A stretch of 64,000 nucleotides of DNA from Octopus vulgaris (lineage: Eukaryota). Every line of letters begins with the position of its first letter. Positions within the stretch are counted from its first letter, which is position 1. The notes beneath the pieces are model-generated. The model searched no databases. It saw only the letters and a program-made list of their open reading frames with translations, and was not told the origin of the DNA. Below, in pieces: positions 12,925 to 26,985 of the stretch. The stretch spans positions 1,798,001 to 1,862,000 of the forward strand of contig OX597833.1 in NCBI GenBank assembly GCA_951406725.2, written 5' to 3'. Both the position numbers and the translations under genes were made by a program.

Positions 12925-13250
12925 ATTTCAACATTTCTAAGTCCCTCTAAAGGAGACTACGGCAGCGGTACTGGAAATTAACAGTTATCGCCAAGCTAAT
13001 ATGGCAGTCCATAAATATAAGACTAAAGCTGCCGTTGATTAGCTCCAAGAGGCCATCGCCTCTAGCTAGCTATATGACACAGGAACCTGTGTCCATTATA
13101 ACCTTCGAACAGGGGAGGTCAGCCGCTTCCCCTTGTTGGTCAGGCATCTGCAGACATGTTTCAGGGGATTTGCTCTTTATCAATGCAGATTACCCAGACC
13201 CAGCAGGCGGCGCTGCTGACCGCCTTTCCGAAGGATTATTCACCTAATTT
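12925..13250 (-). mobile_element. Penelope-like terminal-repeat (pLTR) remnant
   Basis: Homologous to 15917-16228, abuts (TA)n, and carries a decayed minimal hammerhead. Confidence 0.6.
13146..13190 (-). ncRNA. Degenerate minimal type I hammerhead ribozyme
   Basis: Minus strand: atctgca-TTGATAA-agagcaaatcccct-GAAAC-at-GTC-tgcagat. Stem I is 7 bp; the core deviates from CTGATGA at two positions. Confidence 0.55.
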
Positions 13251-14194
13251 CAGTGGAATACATCCACTGGTTTTCAAAAATAGAAATATCAAAATTGTAG
13301 TCGAACCAGTTTTCGGTAGGTCTGCAAAAGTTCAGTTTATGGCAGTGAAATCGATACGGTTATTCTGCAGTTGTGGCTTGTAAATTTCTTGATATGTTAA
13401 AATTCTTTTGCGAAAACTAGCGATTTATTCTTAATATGCATGTCTGCTTAGAATTTTTAACATTGAAGATGAAATTAAAAACCTTACGTACACTCAAATG
13501 CCAAATAAAAATAGATCCATTTACAAGAATAGAAACTTCTCACTCAATATTGTTTAAAATAAAACTAAAATTACAATTTTCGCATATTTATTACCATATT
13601 TTTGAAAATTATATTTAATATCTAAAGAACATTTTCATATACATTTTTATTTTATTTTAATTTACTTTTACTAAAATGCTTTTATTTAAATACTTATTAA
13701 TCTAAATGGGTTTATTTAAATACACATTATTTAGAGTTTTATTTAAATCGATTTATTTAAACAGATGTTATATAGATACATTTTTGTTATTTAAATACTT
13801 TGTAGAATTTTTTACTCTGAAATATAATTCATTTCAACCGAATCGTCCATTTATAATTTTGATCTCCAGAAGGTTATTTGAAATATAAATAAAACAAAGG
13901 AACCATGATAAGATTCGAAGTTTAGCTTTTGTTTAATTTTTATTTCTCCTCAGCTTTATAAAAGACGATTATCTCATAGAAAAACTGATCGTATTATCGG
14001 TATATAAAGGAAGATTTACAGAAAATCGGGGCAGATAATCTCTTTATATGACAATGTATGCTATACTTTAGGTTATCAGATATACAAAAAAATGTTTAGC
14101 TAAAATCTTCTGCCAGGGAGATGATATAAATAAAAACATATACATATATACATATGTGTGTATGCGTATGTGTGTGTGTACGTGCGTTCTTGTG

Positions 14195-14250
<56 letters not shown>

Positions 14251-14467
14251 TTCTCAGTGAACATACAGAAAAATCTGCAGATAACAACAAACCGAATTTC
14301 ACAGTCTTCCTTTTCTACCAGTGCACAGATACAATCTCTCCACTAGAACTTTTAGATAAAGACACTTTTTTCATTGAAAAATACAGAACACGTCTTAATA
14401 TGCACGCATAACCAACTTTTATCTTTTTACATATTTCAATTCACGATTACTTCACTGTACATGAATC

Positions 14468-14517
<50 letters not shown>

Positions 14518-14610
14518 ATATATATATTTCTTTATATTATACTTATATATATATATATATATAAACTGTATATATTTATATATAAATATATGTATACATA
14601 TATATATAAA

Positions 14611-14675
<65 letters not shown>

Positions 14676-14719
14676 AAAGTCAGAATGCGATAAAATAAAA
14701 TTAATTATTATCGCTGGTG

Positions 14720-14775
<56 letters not shown>

Positions 14776-14969
14776 ATGTATGCATATATATACGCTCTTG
14801 GAACCAATTAGAATAGAATGAATTAAAGAAATATTCAATATAAATTTCATACATCTGAAATCTGGAAGAATTAATTAAATGAAAGGAAAATGCTTCGATT
14901 TACTTTTTACCTCCCAAATGTTTCTAGACAGGTTTATAAAACTGAATATGAATGTAAAACAGGAGATCA

Positions 14970-14972
14970 ATG

Positions 14973-15048
<76 letters not shown>

Positions 15049-15180
15049 TGATAATGATAATAATAATAATAATAATAATAATGATAATGGGTGTTACCTT
15101 AGTTTGCTAGTAGTGAATGGCTGGCACCGTAGTATATCTCCATGGTTAGAAGCTCTGCAAAACAAGTAATAATAATAATG

Positions 15181-15252
<72 letters not shown>
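14970..15252. repeat. (TAA)n array split by a ~78-bp unique insert (15090-15167)
   Basis: Read directly. Confidence 0.85.
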
Positions 15253-15254
<2 letters not shown>

Positions 15255-15551
15255 CACAATGATAATGGTATTTAATTGTTGACAGCAATTACACATCATT
15301 GATGCACAGGAAATAGGAAATTTTAAGATAGAATTTTTTCAGAAATCTGTGTTGGACGAGGAAATATAAACACATAATTTATGAGTGTAAGTGGAGTGGG
15401 TTATTTGTGTTTAAGAATTTGGACCGCCATTTGGACAGTGAATAACGTCTACCAAAGCAACATAAAGTACATGTTTTGTCTTATTGTTTACATTTCAACC
15501 TAAATATATTTATGTGTATACATATATCGATATATGCATATACATAAACAT

Positions 15552-15633
<82 letters not shown>

Positions 15634-15723
15634 GAGACACAGGAAATGCGTCGAGGCCGAAAGGAAGCGTCGATGCTTCCTAGGGCTAAACACTATCTGT
15701 ATATACCCTATACTGTCACGTTA

Positions 15724-15760
<37 letters not shown>

Positions 15761-15777
15761 GTGTGTGTGTGTATGTG

Positions 15778-15825
<48 letters not shown>

Positions 15826-15829
15826 GATA

Positions 15830-16222
15830 AAAATCCCGTTAATTATAATTATCAGGTAGTTAGCATGGAAAAGCATTTATAGCAATTTATATAGTATATT
15901 AATAATTATATATATAAATTGTTATCGCCATATTAATATGGCATTCTTATAGATATAAGAATAATCGCTGCCGCTGGTCAGCTCCATGAGGCCACCGCCT
16001 TAAGATAGCTATTGATACACGATCTGTATCCATTATAACCTTCGAACAAGGGAGGTCAGCCGCTTCAATAGCCATCTTAAGGCGGTGGCCTCATGGAGCT
16101 GACCAGCGGCAGCGATTATTCTTATATCTATAAGAATGCCATATTAATATTGCGATAACAATTAATTTCCAGTAAACGCTGCCGTAATCTCTTTTATAGA
16201 GACTTAGTAATTTTAATATTTC

Positions 16223-16228
<6 letters not shown>
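15830..16228. mobile_element. Penelope-like remnant with 99-bp inverted repeat between (TA)n tracts
   Basis: Arms 15917-16015 and 16065-16163 (2 mismatches), 49-bp spacer. Homologous to 12925-13130. Confidence 0.7.
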
Positions 16229-16260
<32 letters not shown>

Positions 16261-16456
16261 GGAGAAAGTCAAAAAAGATTTATCTCCTCCATACTGAATA
16301 AATGTTCAAGGATTACGGAGCTACCAAAGAAGAAAAATCCCCCATAAATACATGCGATTGAAAGCGGGCGGACAATATAAAACCGTAAAGGAAAACTTTT
16401 ATCTTTACTAAATATGTGTGACAGCACGGAAAGAAGCCCCTATATTACTAGCAAAA

Positions 16457-16688
16457 GGGCGGCGAGCTGGCAGAAACGTTAGCGCGCCGGGCGAAATGCT
16501 TAGCGGTATTTCGTCTATCGTTACGTTCCGAGTTCAAATTCCGCCGAGGTCCACTTCGCCTTTCATCCTTTCGGGGTCGATAAATAAAGTACCAGTTTCG
16601 CACTGGAGTCGGTGTAATCGACTTAATCCGTTTGTCTGTCCTTGTTTGTCCCCTCTATGTTTAGCCCCTTGTGGGCAGTAAAGAAATA
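16457..16688 (+). mobile_element. Family C SINE monomer
   Basis: Full head and tail. TSD tatatt(a/c)ctagcaaaa at 16441-16456 and 16689-16704. Confidence 0.92.
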
Positions 16689-16924
16689 TATATTCCTAGC
16701 AAAAAGAATTGAAGACGCTTAATGTTATACGAATGCGCAATATTAAAACACCGACAACAGGGTTGCTTCGGCAATCATACATTAATGACGATATTTTGCT
16801 TCATGGTATTATACTGCTCCTAGTATTTTATATGAACTTTTAGTATATGCATTAACGCTTCTCTAAACCAGCTATAAATCTTATGGTAAAGATATATATA
16901 CTGGCAGATAGATTTAGCCAACCT

Positions 16925-16974
16925 GTCGACCATTTGATGATGCCTACGAAATAGGCGAAACCAGTCTAGTCAAC
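16925..16974 (+). ncRNA. Degenerate minimal type I hammerhead ribozyme
   Basis: gtcgacca-t-TTGATGA-t-gccta-cgaaa-taggc-GAAAC-ca-GTC-tagtcaac. C3>T in the core and an imperfect stem I. Confidence 0.55.
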
Positions 16975-17120
16975 CGACTCTGGACACGGTCATGAGGTGA
17001 TTATCTTCTCTGTCAGTGTATAGATATCGGTCTCTTTTGCCGAACCGCTAAGTTACGGGGACGTAAACACACCAGCACCGGTTGTCAAGCGATGTTGAGG
17101 GGACAAACACAGAGACACAA

Positions 17121-17164
<44 letters not shown>

Positions 17165-17325
17165 GTACATATGTATGTATGTATGTATGTATGCATGTAT
17201 GTATGCATGTATGTATGTATGTATGTATGTGTTTATGTATGTATGTATGTATGTATGTATGCATGTATGTATGTGTGTGTATGTATATATGTATGTATGT
17301 ATGTATATATGTATGTGTGTGTATG

Positions 17326-17357
<32 letters not shown>

Positions 17358-17371
17358 CATGTATGTATGTA

Positions 17372-17402
<31 letters not shown>

Positions 17403-17659
17403 GTGCAGATTTATATGGTTTGTTTTATGTATGTACTCTTATGCATATAGCTACATATCTAGACATGCTCATATATATTTCACTGATCATAACTCGGAGG
17501 AAGATGAGTTTCTTCCTTAACTACATCTAGAAAGAATCTATTTACCTGTTCAGATGTTGTTGTCATTGTTCTTCGGTTGCGTTTGTGTGCGTACGTGCTG
17601 TTGTTGTTGTTGTTGTTGTTAAGCAGCAAGACGGGTAAGGGTGATTAGGTGATGGTCTA

Positions 17660-18080
17660 GGGCTTAGGGGGCGGGAGACCCCAAACCTTGGAAAAAAACA
17701 ACTTTGGTCGTCTTGTTGTAGTCGAGGGCTCTTCGTTGACGCCCGACACCACCGAGAGGTGGCGCTAGGGTTTAGAGGCGGGAGACCCCAGACCTTGGTA
17801 AAAAAACTTTGGTCGTCTTGTTGTAGTCGAGGGCTCTTCGTTGACGCCCAACACCACTGGGAGGTGGCCCTAGGGTTTAGAGGCGGGAGACCCCAGACCT
17901 TGGTAAAAAAACTTTGGTCGTCTTGTTGTAGTCGAGGGCTCTTCGTTGACGCCCAACACCACTGGGAGGTGGCCCTAGGGTTTAGAGGCGGGAGACCCCA
18001 GACCTTGGTAAAAAAACTTTGGTCGTCTTGTTGTAGTCGAGGGCTCTTCGTTGACGCCCGATACCACTGGGAGGTGGCCC
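17660..18080. repeat. GC-rich 105-bp minisatellite, ~4 copies
   Basis: Equivalent positions at 17679, 17786, 17891 and 17996. Units are nearly identical. Confidence 0.95.
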
Positions 18081-18769
18081 TCGAAGTCGCTGGAAATGAA
18101 GATCTCCACGTCCAAATTCTTGAACGGCTGCGTACCTGCTTGTGTATATGTATGCGAACGCACCTGCGCATGTGCGAGTGTAGTGAAGCGTTTTAATAAC
18201 ACTATCCGATTTCTGTTGTTTCAATCCATTCTCTTCAGAAATATCTAAATGTCTAAACATCTAAATATTTCTTTGGCGTCCACGATGACGTAATTGTTAG
18301 TATTATAGTTTTTCATGTCCTTTTAACGATATTGATTTATTTTATTTTAAGTCTTTTAGTGCATATTTCTGCTGTCCAGCATTAGACATAAAGAGTTTTT
18401 AGTTGAAAAACACTTCACATAAAAGCAGTAAATATATTCTGCTCTCGGCTATTGTCTAATGTAAACTAAATGCATTATAATTATTCTCCTTCGTTTTCTG
18501 TCTAGCCGAGCTAATTCTCCTAACTGTCAGCTGAGTATATTTATTATAGAATCTGTTGCATATATTGACACTTATTATTTTATTTTTGCCATTTAGTTTG
18601 GAACCAAGTATTAATTTAATGCGTCGAATATATTGCTTTATAGCTCTACCTTCATTAGGTAATGTTATTCTTTCGCTAGTTCACTCATACTGAAATAGTT
18701 GTTAGTTTGTCTATCGTTTTTTGTTATCTAGAATATTGCTTGCTTTCATTATTTAGATTCTGTATTTAG

Positions 18770-19700
18770 ATTGCAAGCTGGCTGAATCGTTAGCACACCG
18801 TGAAAAAATGCTTAGTGGTATTTCGTCTGTCGCTGAATTATGAGTTCAAATTCTGCTGCGATCGACTATGCTTTTCATCCTTTCGGGGTCGATCAGATAA
18901 ATACCATTTGAGCACTGTAGTCGATATGACCGACTTACCCCTCCCCTAAAATTTCAGGCCTTGCGCCTATAGTAGAAACGATTACTGGACTTCATAAGAT
19001 GGCGAGTAAGCAGAATCGTTAGCAACCTGGACAAAATGTTTATAAACATTTTATCCGGCCTTTTGTTCTGGATATAAATTTCGCCGATGTCAATTTTGTC
19101 TTTTATACTTTTGGGATCTTTAAAAGAAGTATCTATTGCAAACTGAAGTCGATGTAATCGACTAGCCCCTTTTTCAACATTTTACCCGTCGTTACATTTT
19201 AGATTCAAATACCGCCAAGGTCGACTTTGCCTTTCATCCTTTCAGGGTCGATCAAATAAGTACCAGTTGAGCACTGACCCTATGCCAAAATTTGACACTG
19301 TTGTTTGGACTCTGTAAGGTGAGGAGTCGGTAGAGTCATAAAATGCGCCGGAAAAAATGCTGTGTGATATTCCTACCGGTTCATTTCGTCCTCAGTTCAA
19401 TTACTACTGTGGGTGATGTTGCCTTTGTTCCTTTCGGGGGAAATACTTGAGTCGACAATATACCTGATCTCCCTTCCTTCTAAAATCCTCATTTGGCTTC
19501 TGTAAGGCGGTGATTTGACAGAAATATTAGGGTAGCGGGAAAAGCTGCCGTGCGATATTACATGGACTCCATTACTCAAATGGTAGTCATTTTATCGAAC
19601 TCGAATGGATGAAAGGCAAAGTCGAGGCCAATGGAATTTGAACTATAATCGAAATGCCGGAAGAAATGCTACTCAGCATTTTGTCCAACGCCTTAGATGA
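18770..19700. mobile_element. Cluster of old, degenerate family C-related SINEs (alternative tail aaatttcaggccttg.gcctatagtagaaa)
   Basis: Several diverged heads and tttcatcctttcggggtcga domains, mostly on + with the last on -. Confidence 0.7.
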
Positions 19701-19715
19701 TGATGAAATGATGAT

Positions 19716-19808
<93 letters not shown>

Positions 19809-19949
19809 AGTTTTAGGTACTAATGATATTATTTATGGTGTCCCATAATCTGCTAATTTCAGGCAATACCATGATGTCGGCCAATGTGATTTCCCTATAG
19901 GGTGCTATTCTTGTATAAACGGCCAAACACTCCTTTATCTCGTTTCTGA

Positions 19950-20570
19950 GTCGATAGAATAAGGTGGAGGCACACAAGGTGGTGCAGTGCAGCAGATCCT
20001 CGCATGAAACTGCCGCAGAATAAAATTAATAAATTAATAATGACCGAATTTTTAGCATTCTGCTAAATGTTAGCTCAGAAAATAATTATAAGCGACGGCA
20101 TCATGAAGACTTGTCACAATTTACGTCGGTCACTTAGTAGAGACAAATAAAAAATATGGATCAAACACTTTAGCTAAGTGCTATTGTGTTGTTCTGAAGC
20201 TGACAGTAATTGATGCTGTGAAACCAAAAAAATTTTCCTACATGATTTTGACATCCAGACAGATAAAAAACAAATGCACATCGTAAGCAAGATATCATTT
20301 GATATGACATACGGAAACAGAATACCTCCTAATAGACATTGCATTTCATTCACAGAGAAACATTACTACCAAGGAAATAGCGAAAGATCTGGAAAAAAGT
20401 ATTATTAGCTAGTAAGAGTTAACTTTGAAGCATTAGGTTCAATCTGCCACAATGGCATATTACAACCTGGATCGGTTGGACTCGCTCACAGATGTACAGC
20501 AGCTCCGTGCCAAATATCTATCATTCCTGGAATTGTTCATATTCTCAGAAAGATACTTTCTGTCTATTTC
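19950..20570 (+). pseudogene. Old, heavily decayed R4/Dong LINE C-terminal remnant
   Basis: Fragmentary peptides MLAQ..NYKRRH, DFDIQTDKK, LLIDIA, KE..KDLE, ALGSI and HILRKILSV follow the order of motifs in the 36059-36652 ORF. Confidence 0.55.
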
Positions 20571-20608
20571 CCTTTCTGTCTATTACCATCATCCTCATCA
20601 TCATCATT

Positions 20609-20757
20609 CGCTGTTTATCTTGATGTAAAATCGCCATGTCGCGCACACATGGTTGTGATGCATGTGTCTAGTGTACCCTTATCAGACGGGTAGTCACGAT
20701 GGGTATACTGGGCATCGTATATTTTATTTTGATGGCATGCACTGCTCTCTCACTCAA
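20609..20757 (+). mobile_element. 3' end of a (TAA)n-tailed element (same family as 36823-37372)
   Basis: gctgtttatcttgat...gatggcatgcactgctctctcactcaataataa. Confidence 0.75.
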
Positions 20758-20808
20758 TAATAATAAGAAGAATAATAATAATAATAATAATGATAATAAT
20801 AATAATAA

Positions 20809-21113
20809 TATAAAGACCTGGAAATAGAGGTAACTAGAATGTGGAATCTAAAAACAGAAACAATTCCTATCATAGTAGGTGCATTAGGCATGATAAAAAA
20901 ACATTCAGACAAATACATAACAAAAACACCAGGACTTACAAACACATATAACATACAGAAAATTGCACTACTATGCACTGCACACATCCTGCAGAGAACA
21001 CTTTCCATACAATAACCATCAGAGCATCACAACAAATCACAGCACATACCCAAGGCACACAGAGCTGCGCTCGGTAGTGAAGTGAAAGCACGCTATAAAA
21101 ATAAAACTACTGA
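20809..21113 (+). mobile_element. 5'-truncated R4/Dong LINE inside (TAA)n
   Basis: Near-identical to 36447-36754 (KDLEIEVTRMWNLK...LSIQ* plus 3' UTR). TAA repeats on both sides. Confidence 0.9.
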
Positions 21114-21148
21114 ATAATAATAATGATAATAATAATAATGTTAATATG

Positions 21149-21184
<36 letters not shown>

Positions 21185-21396
21185 GTCCTTTCTACTATAG
21201 GCAGCAGGCTTAAAATTTGGGGGACGGAAGCTAGTCTATTACATGGACTCCATTACTCAACTGGTAGTCATTTTATCGAACTCGAATGGATGAAAGGCAA
21301 AGTCGAGGCCAATGGAATTTGAACTATAATCGAAATGCCGGAAGAAATGCTACTCAGCATTTTGTCCAACGCCTTAGATGATGATGAAATGATGAT

Positions 21397-21474
<78 letters not shown>

Positions 21475-22173
21475 AGTTTTAGGTACTAATGATATTATTT
21501 ATGGTGTCCCATAATCTGCTAATCTCAGGTAATACCATGATGTCGGCCAATGTGATTTCCCTATAGGGTGCTATTCTTGTATAAACGGCCATTCAATAGC
21601 ATTGCAAGGCCTGTGAAAAGAAAGATTGGAACTCACCCTAGAATTTGTTTAATAAAGAACTGTTTCAGATAACTTTCGGCTTTGTGAGATTATCAGCTGC
21701 CTGCTCGGTGGTTAATTGGTAACCACAACACAAAGATTGCAGGGCGGCGATAACATTAAGTACGAAACGCATCGTTTTCCGAGGGATATAATTACGACGG
21801 CTTACGCATAATATGATACACAATAATATGAAACAGTAGAGCAATGTGAAGCGACATACAGCGCTCATTGTTGGAGAAACGCGAGATTAGCCGCCATTGC
21901 ATTTTCATTCTTACAAGCGACTTTCGCTTACTCCTTCTCTCTGTGTTTCATTCTGTCTATCTATCGGTTTACCTCTGTTTCTCTATTTCGGTTTCTTTCT
22001 GTCTATCACTGTTTCTTTTCGTTTCACTCATTATTCAAGTGGAGAATTGATACGACAGGAGTTCTCAATCAATTGCATATCTCGATTCGCAGCCATTATT
22101 AACTTTCCTTTTGAATGTGTGTATGTATGTGTGCAAGCATGTTCGTATCTATTGTGCTGCAAAACGTATAAAT

Positions 22174-22205
<32 letters not shown>

Positions 22206-22685
22206 GCACACACATGCATACACACATGTATATATATATACACACACACAAAGACGTATAAGTGTGTATGTGTGTGTGTGTGTGTGTGTGTGAAGTCTAT
22301 GTGTATTAGCGACGGAACGAGTATTAATACTGAGTGGCAATCATTATCTCGTGAAACATGAATGCCTTATTTGAACGCTGCATACCGCAGTATTCGCCTT
22401 GAAAGATACTCTCATACAGATGTACATTGCTAGGAGCACAGACAAATACGCGTAGCAGAAGAGAACCGTCTGGCATGTGCGTCGAAACTGCCACATCACG
22501 TGATTTCAGCGTACATACGATTCCTCAGTAGCAGGCGTCCGCTTGCCGAATACGAGCCAAATCTCACTGCGAACAATAGAATGACAGTGACTGATCAATC
22601 ACTGATGTCGCAAATACCCAGCAGGATCGTTAAGAAATAGGTATTACTGCACGGAAGCATGTATTAAAAATCTATTAGTAATATA

Positions 22686-22980
22686 TAGTGGCTGAGTGGT
22701 AAGTAGCTTGCTTACTAATTGCATGGTTCCGGGTACAGGCCCACTGTGTGGCACCTTGAGCAAGAGTCTTCTACTATAGCCTCGGGCCAAACAAAGCCTT
22801 GTGAGTGGATTTGGTAGACGGGTGTGTGTTTGTGTTCTGTGTGTGTCCCCTAGCATTGCTTGACAACCGATGCTGGTGTGTTTATGTCCCTGTTACCTAA
22901 CTTGCCCGATTAAAGGCGGTGCTCCAGCATGGCCGCAATCAAATGACTGAAACAAGTAAAAGAGCAAAAGAATAAAAGAG
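22686..22980 (+). mobile_element. Family B (CORE) SINE with internal deletions
   Basis: gtggctgagtggtaagtagcttg..ccttgagcaagagtctt..aaatgactgaaacaagtaaaagag. Confidence 0.85.
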
Positions 22981-23488
22981 TTTCCTCCATCGCTCTAACG
23001 ATTCTGTAACATACCATCGATGCAAATGTAAAGATAAAGTCCTGGGGACTTTACTATTTCCGAGTCCTAGGATCTCAGGGTCGTTAGCCATGTTTCCATG
23101 AGATACAAGAGACATGCGATTCCTGTATGTTGCAGGTTGGTATTCACAGGTGAGTGGACTGGAGCAACACAATGCACCGCCCGTGGAGAATCGAACCTAG
23201 GATTTCGCGATCGCGAGTGCAACACAGCAGGCGGCTGCATGCCTTCCCTTCAGTATGTCGGTGAAGTTTTATTTTATCGGCCAACACGAAATTATTGTTT
23301 CTACAATAAGCACATAACTTTAACAGTTTCGGAGACGGACAAGTCGATAACATCGGCACCATAGCTCAGCCCATATTAACTCATGGACCCCTGAAAAGAT
23401 GAAAGGCAAATTGGACGTGATTTGAACTTGAACTAAGAATGACACAAACTGGAAACAAGTATATAGAATGTATAGTTATAAATATATC

Positions 23489-24265
23489 TTATTTTTTTAT
23501 TACCCACAAGGGGCTAAACATAGAGTGGGACAAATAAGGACTGACAAAGGAGTTACGTCGATTATATCGACCCCATTGCGTAACTGGTACTTTATTTATT
23601 CGACTCCGAAAGGATGAAAGCAAAGTCGAACTCGGCGGAATTTGAACTTAGAACGTAACGGCAGACGAAATACCTATTTCTTTACGACCCACAAGGGGAT
23701 ACACACAGAAGGGACAGACAAACGGATTAAGTCGATTATATCGACCTCAGTGCGTAACTGGTACTTAATTTATCGACCCTGAAAGGATGAAAGGCAAAGT
23801 CGAACTCGGCGGAATTTGAACTTAGAACGTAACGGCAGACGAAATACCTATTTCTTTACTACCCACAAGGGGATACACACAGAAGGGACAAACAAGGACA
23901 GACAAACGGATTAAGTTGATTATATTGACCCCAGTGCGTAACTGGTAATTATTTAATCGACCACGAAAGGATGAAAGACAAAGTTGATCCCGGCGGAATT
24001 TGAACTCATAACGTAACGGCAGACGAAATACCTGTTTCTTTACTACCCACAAGAGGCTAAACAGAGAGAGGACAAACAAGGACAGACAAACGGATTAAGT
24101 CGATTATATCGACCTCAGTACGTAACTGCTACTTAATTTATCAACCTCCGAAAAGATGAAAGGCAAAGTCGACCTCGGCGGAATTTGAACTCAGAACGTA
24201 ACGGCAGACGAAATACGGTTACGCATTTCGCCCGGCGTTCTAACGATTGTGCCAGCTCACCGCCT
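23489..24265 (-). mobile_element. Family C SINE tetramer
   Basis: One head plus four bodies. Degenerate TSD tgtatagtta(t/c)aaat(a/g)tatc at 23469-23488 and 24266-24285. Confidence 0.88.
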
Positions 24266-25225
24266 TGTATAGTTACAAATGTATCGTACACCATTCAAAC
24301 AACACGAAATACCATCCTATTTAGATGAGAGGAGGCGGAGAAAACGGAGGAGCTGGATGAGAGAATACAGAAGAACACGGAGAAGAAATCAGTGGAGAAC
24401 GAGAAGGAGGTGGTAAGGCAAATATACAAATATTCATCTCCTCGTATTTCGTATACATTCGATTCAGTGAAACACAATAGACAAGGGGATCTATCTGCTA
24501 TCAACAACTCGTGGTTTTTAGATGAGATTAGCAATCACGTTATGAGGTTTGCATTAACAACGATGCATGTATTTATATAGCACGACGATAACGAAACCAA
24601 TAGAACGACATGAGTGAGTTAGTTATTTTATTCAATGTTACCAATGGACTGGAGCTTCTTATTTTGTCGCTGACATATATGATTAGATATGTGACAGGTG
24701 ATTTGGGACATATCGACTGAATGTAATGGACGCTGAATTGAAACGTGTAGGATAACATAACAAGTAATTTCTATTGATTAATGGCAGCGAGTATTACGAG
24801 TGATAGGCTCGGCTGTCAAATTGGGCAGAAAATATATGTGCTTCTATGTACACATGCGTACATACTTAGATACATACATATATACATACATACATATATA
24901 CATACATAAACATGTATATGATATATACATGTCGTTGTAAATATGTGTGTGTGTGTGTGTATGCGTTGTGTGTGTGTGTATAAGCACACAAACATACATA
25001 CGCACAGAGATGTGGACGACCATACGCACACATTTGTACATGCGTAAGCTATTGGGTCCTGTGTGAGTGTGTATATACACATACACACACACATATATAT
25101 ATTATATATATATATATATTTATGTATATATATATATATATATGCTGTTTTCATATGTATGCATATATCTGTGTGTATATACATATGTATATGTATATAT
25201 ACGTATATATATATCCATATAATAC

Positions 25226-25319
<94 letters not shown>

Positions 25320-26169
25320 GTGTGTGTGTGTATGTGTGTGTGTGTGCAGAGAGGAAGGAAGAGAGAAAAACTGATACAGAGACACCCATACACATATATG
25401 TGTACATCATCATCATACACACACACACGCTCACACACACACACACACACACACACATGCATATGCATATTTTCGTGTGTGTGTGTGTGTGGGGGGTATT
25501 ATGTGTTATTAGTAGATCTGCATGTCGTATGCGTCCGAAACCTGTCGTGCGTGCTTCTGTCTATGAAGAAATCCTATGTCGGTTTTTATTAATATTTCGA
25601 CACGAAGAACCATTATTACACATCTGTCATGTAGAGAACTCGATAATCTTTATGCATCAACAATCTACATTTAATTACGGCGTCTCCCATATTTGATGTA
25701 GGATTATAAACAAAATATTACACATGAATCTATGTTGTACAACATAATGTCTATCAACGTTTCTACTGTATTCACACGACTGAATAATGAATATGATGTA
25801 ATCGATTAGATCAATAGTTCTCAACTGGTCTCCATATAGCTCTTGGGGGTTCCATGAAGTATTAAAAAATTTTTTTTTTGTTAGAACCTATGTCCAATAA
25901 AGTGGTTATATATCAACATTATATAACATGATTTAGCAATGTTTTAGAAAATTCCTTTAATATTTATATATGAAAATAGATAATGTTTTTAAATGTCAAA
26001 TGGCAATCTAAGGAGTGAATACGAAAAAATGGTTGTGAAACGGTGGGTTAGTTGGATGTCTTATGCAAGAGAGGTAGAGAGTTCGATTCCAATTGACGGA
26101 TTTGTTTCAACATTCTATCTCGTAACACGCCTTATAACAAACACGATTTTGCTGTTGTTGTACAAATAC

Positions 26170-26244
<75 letters not shown>

Positions 26245-26275
26245 CGTATATATATATACATATATACCTATATAT

Positions 26276-26317
<42 letters not shown>

Positions 26318-26393
26318 TATATACATATATATATACATATATATATACATATATATATATACATATATATATACACATATATATATATATAAT

Positions 26394-26487
<94 letters not shown>

Positions 26488-26504
26488 TACATATATATAC
26501 AATA

Positions 26505-26589
26505 TTGGTGTCTCTGGAAAGTTACTACACAGTGGGTCAAGTGTTTCCTGGTAGGCAGAACCCAACACGCTGTGTGGCCAATAATGAAA

Positions 26590-26592
<3 letters not shown>
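26505..26592 (+). mobile_element. Tiny chimeric retro-insert: CR1-like RT fragment fused to the Tx1 3' terminus
   Basis: [19 protein letters not shown] (RT-domain-like), then ctgtgtggccaataatgaaacata and (TCTA)n. Confidence 0.5.

Positions 26593-26985
<393 letters not shown>

Noticed and set aside
24325-24412. Possible exon (ttag|...|gtaagg) encoding an Arg-rich peptide
   Set aside because: Purine-rich low-complexity sequence with no partner exons or recognisable product.
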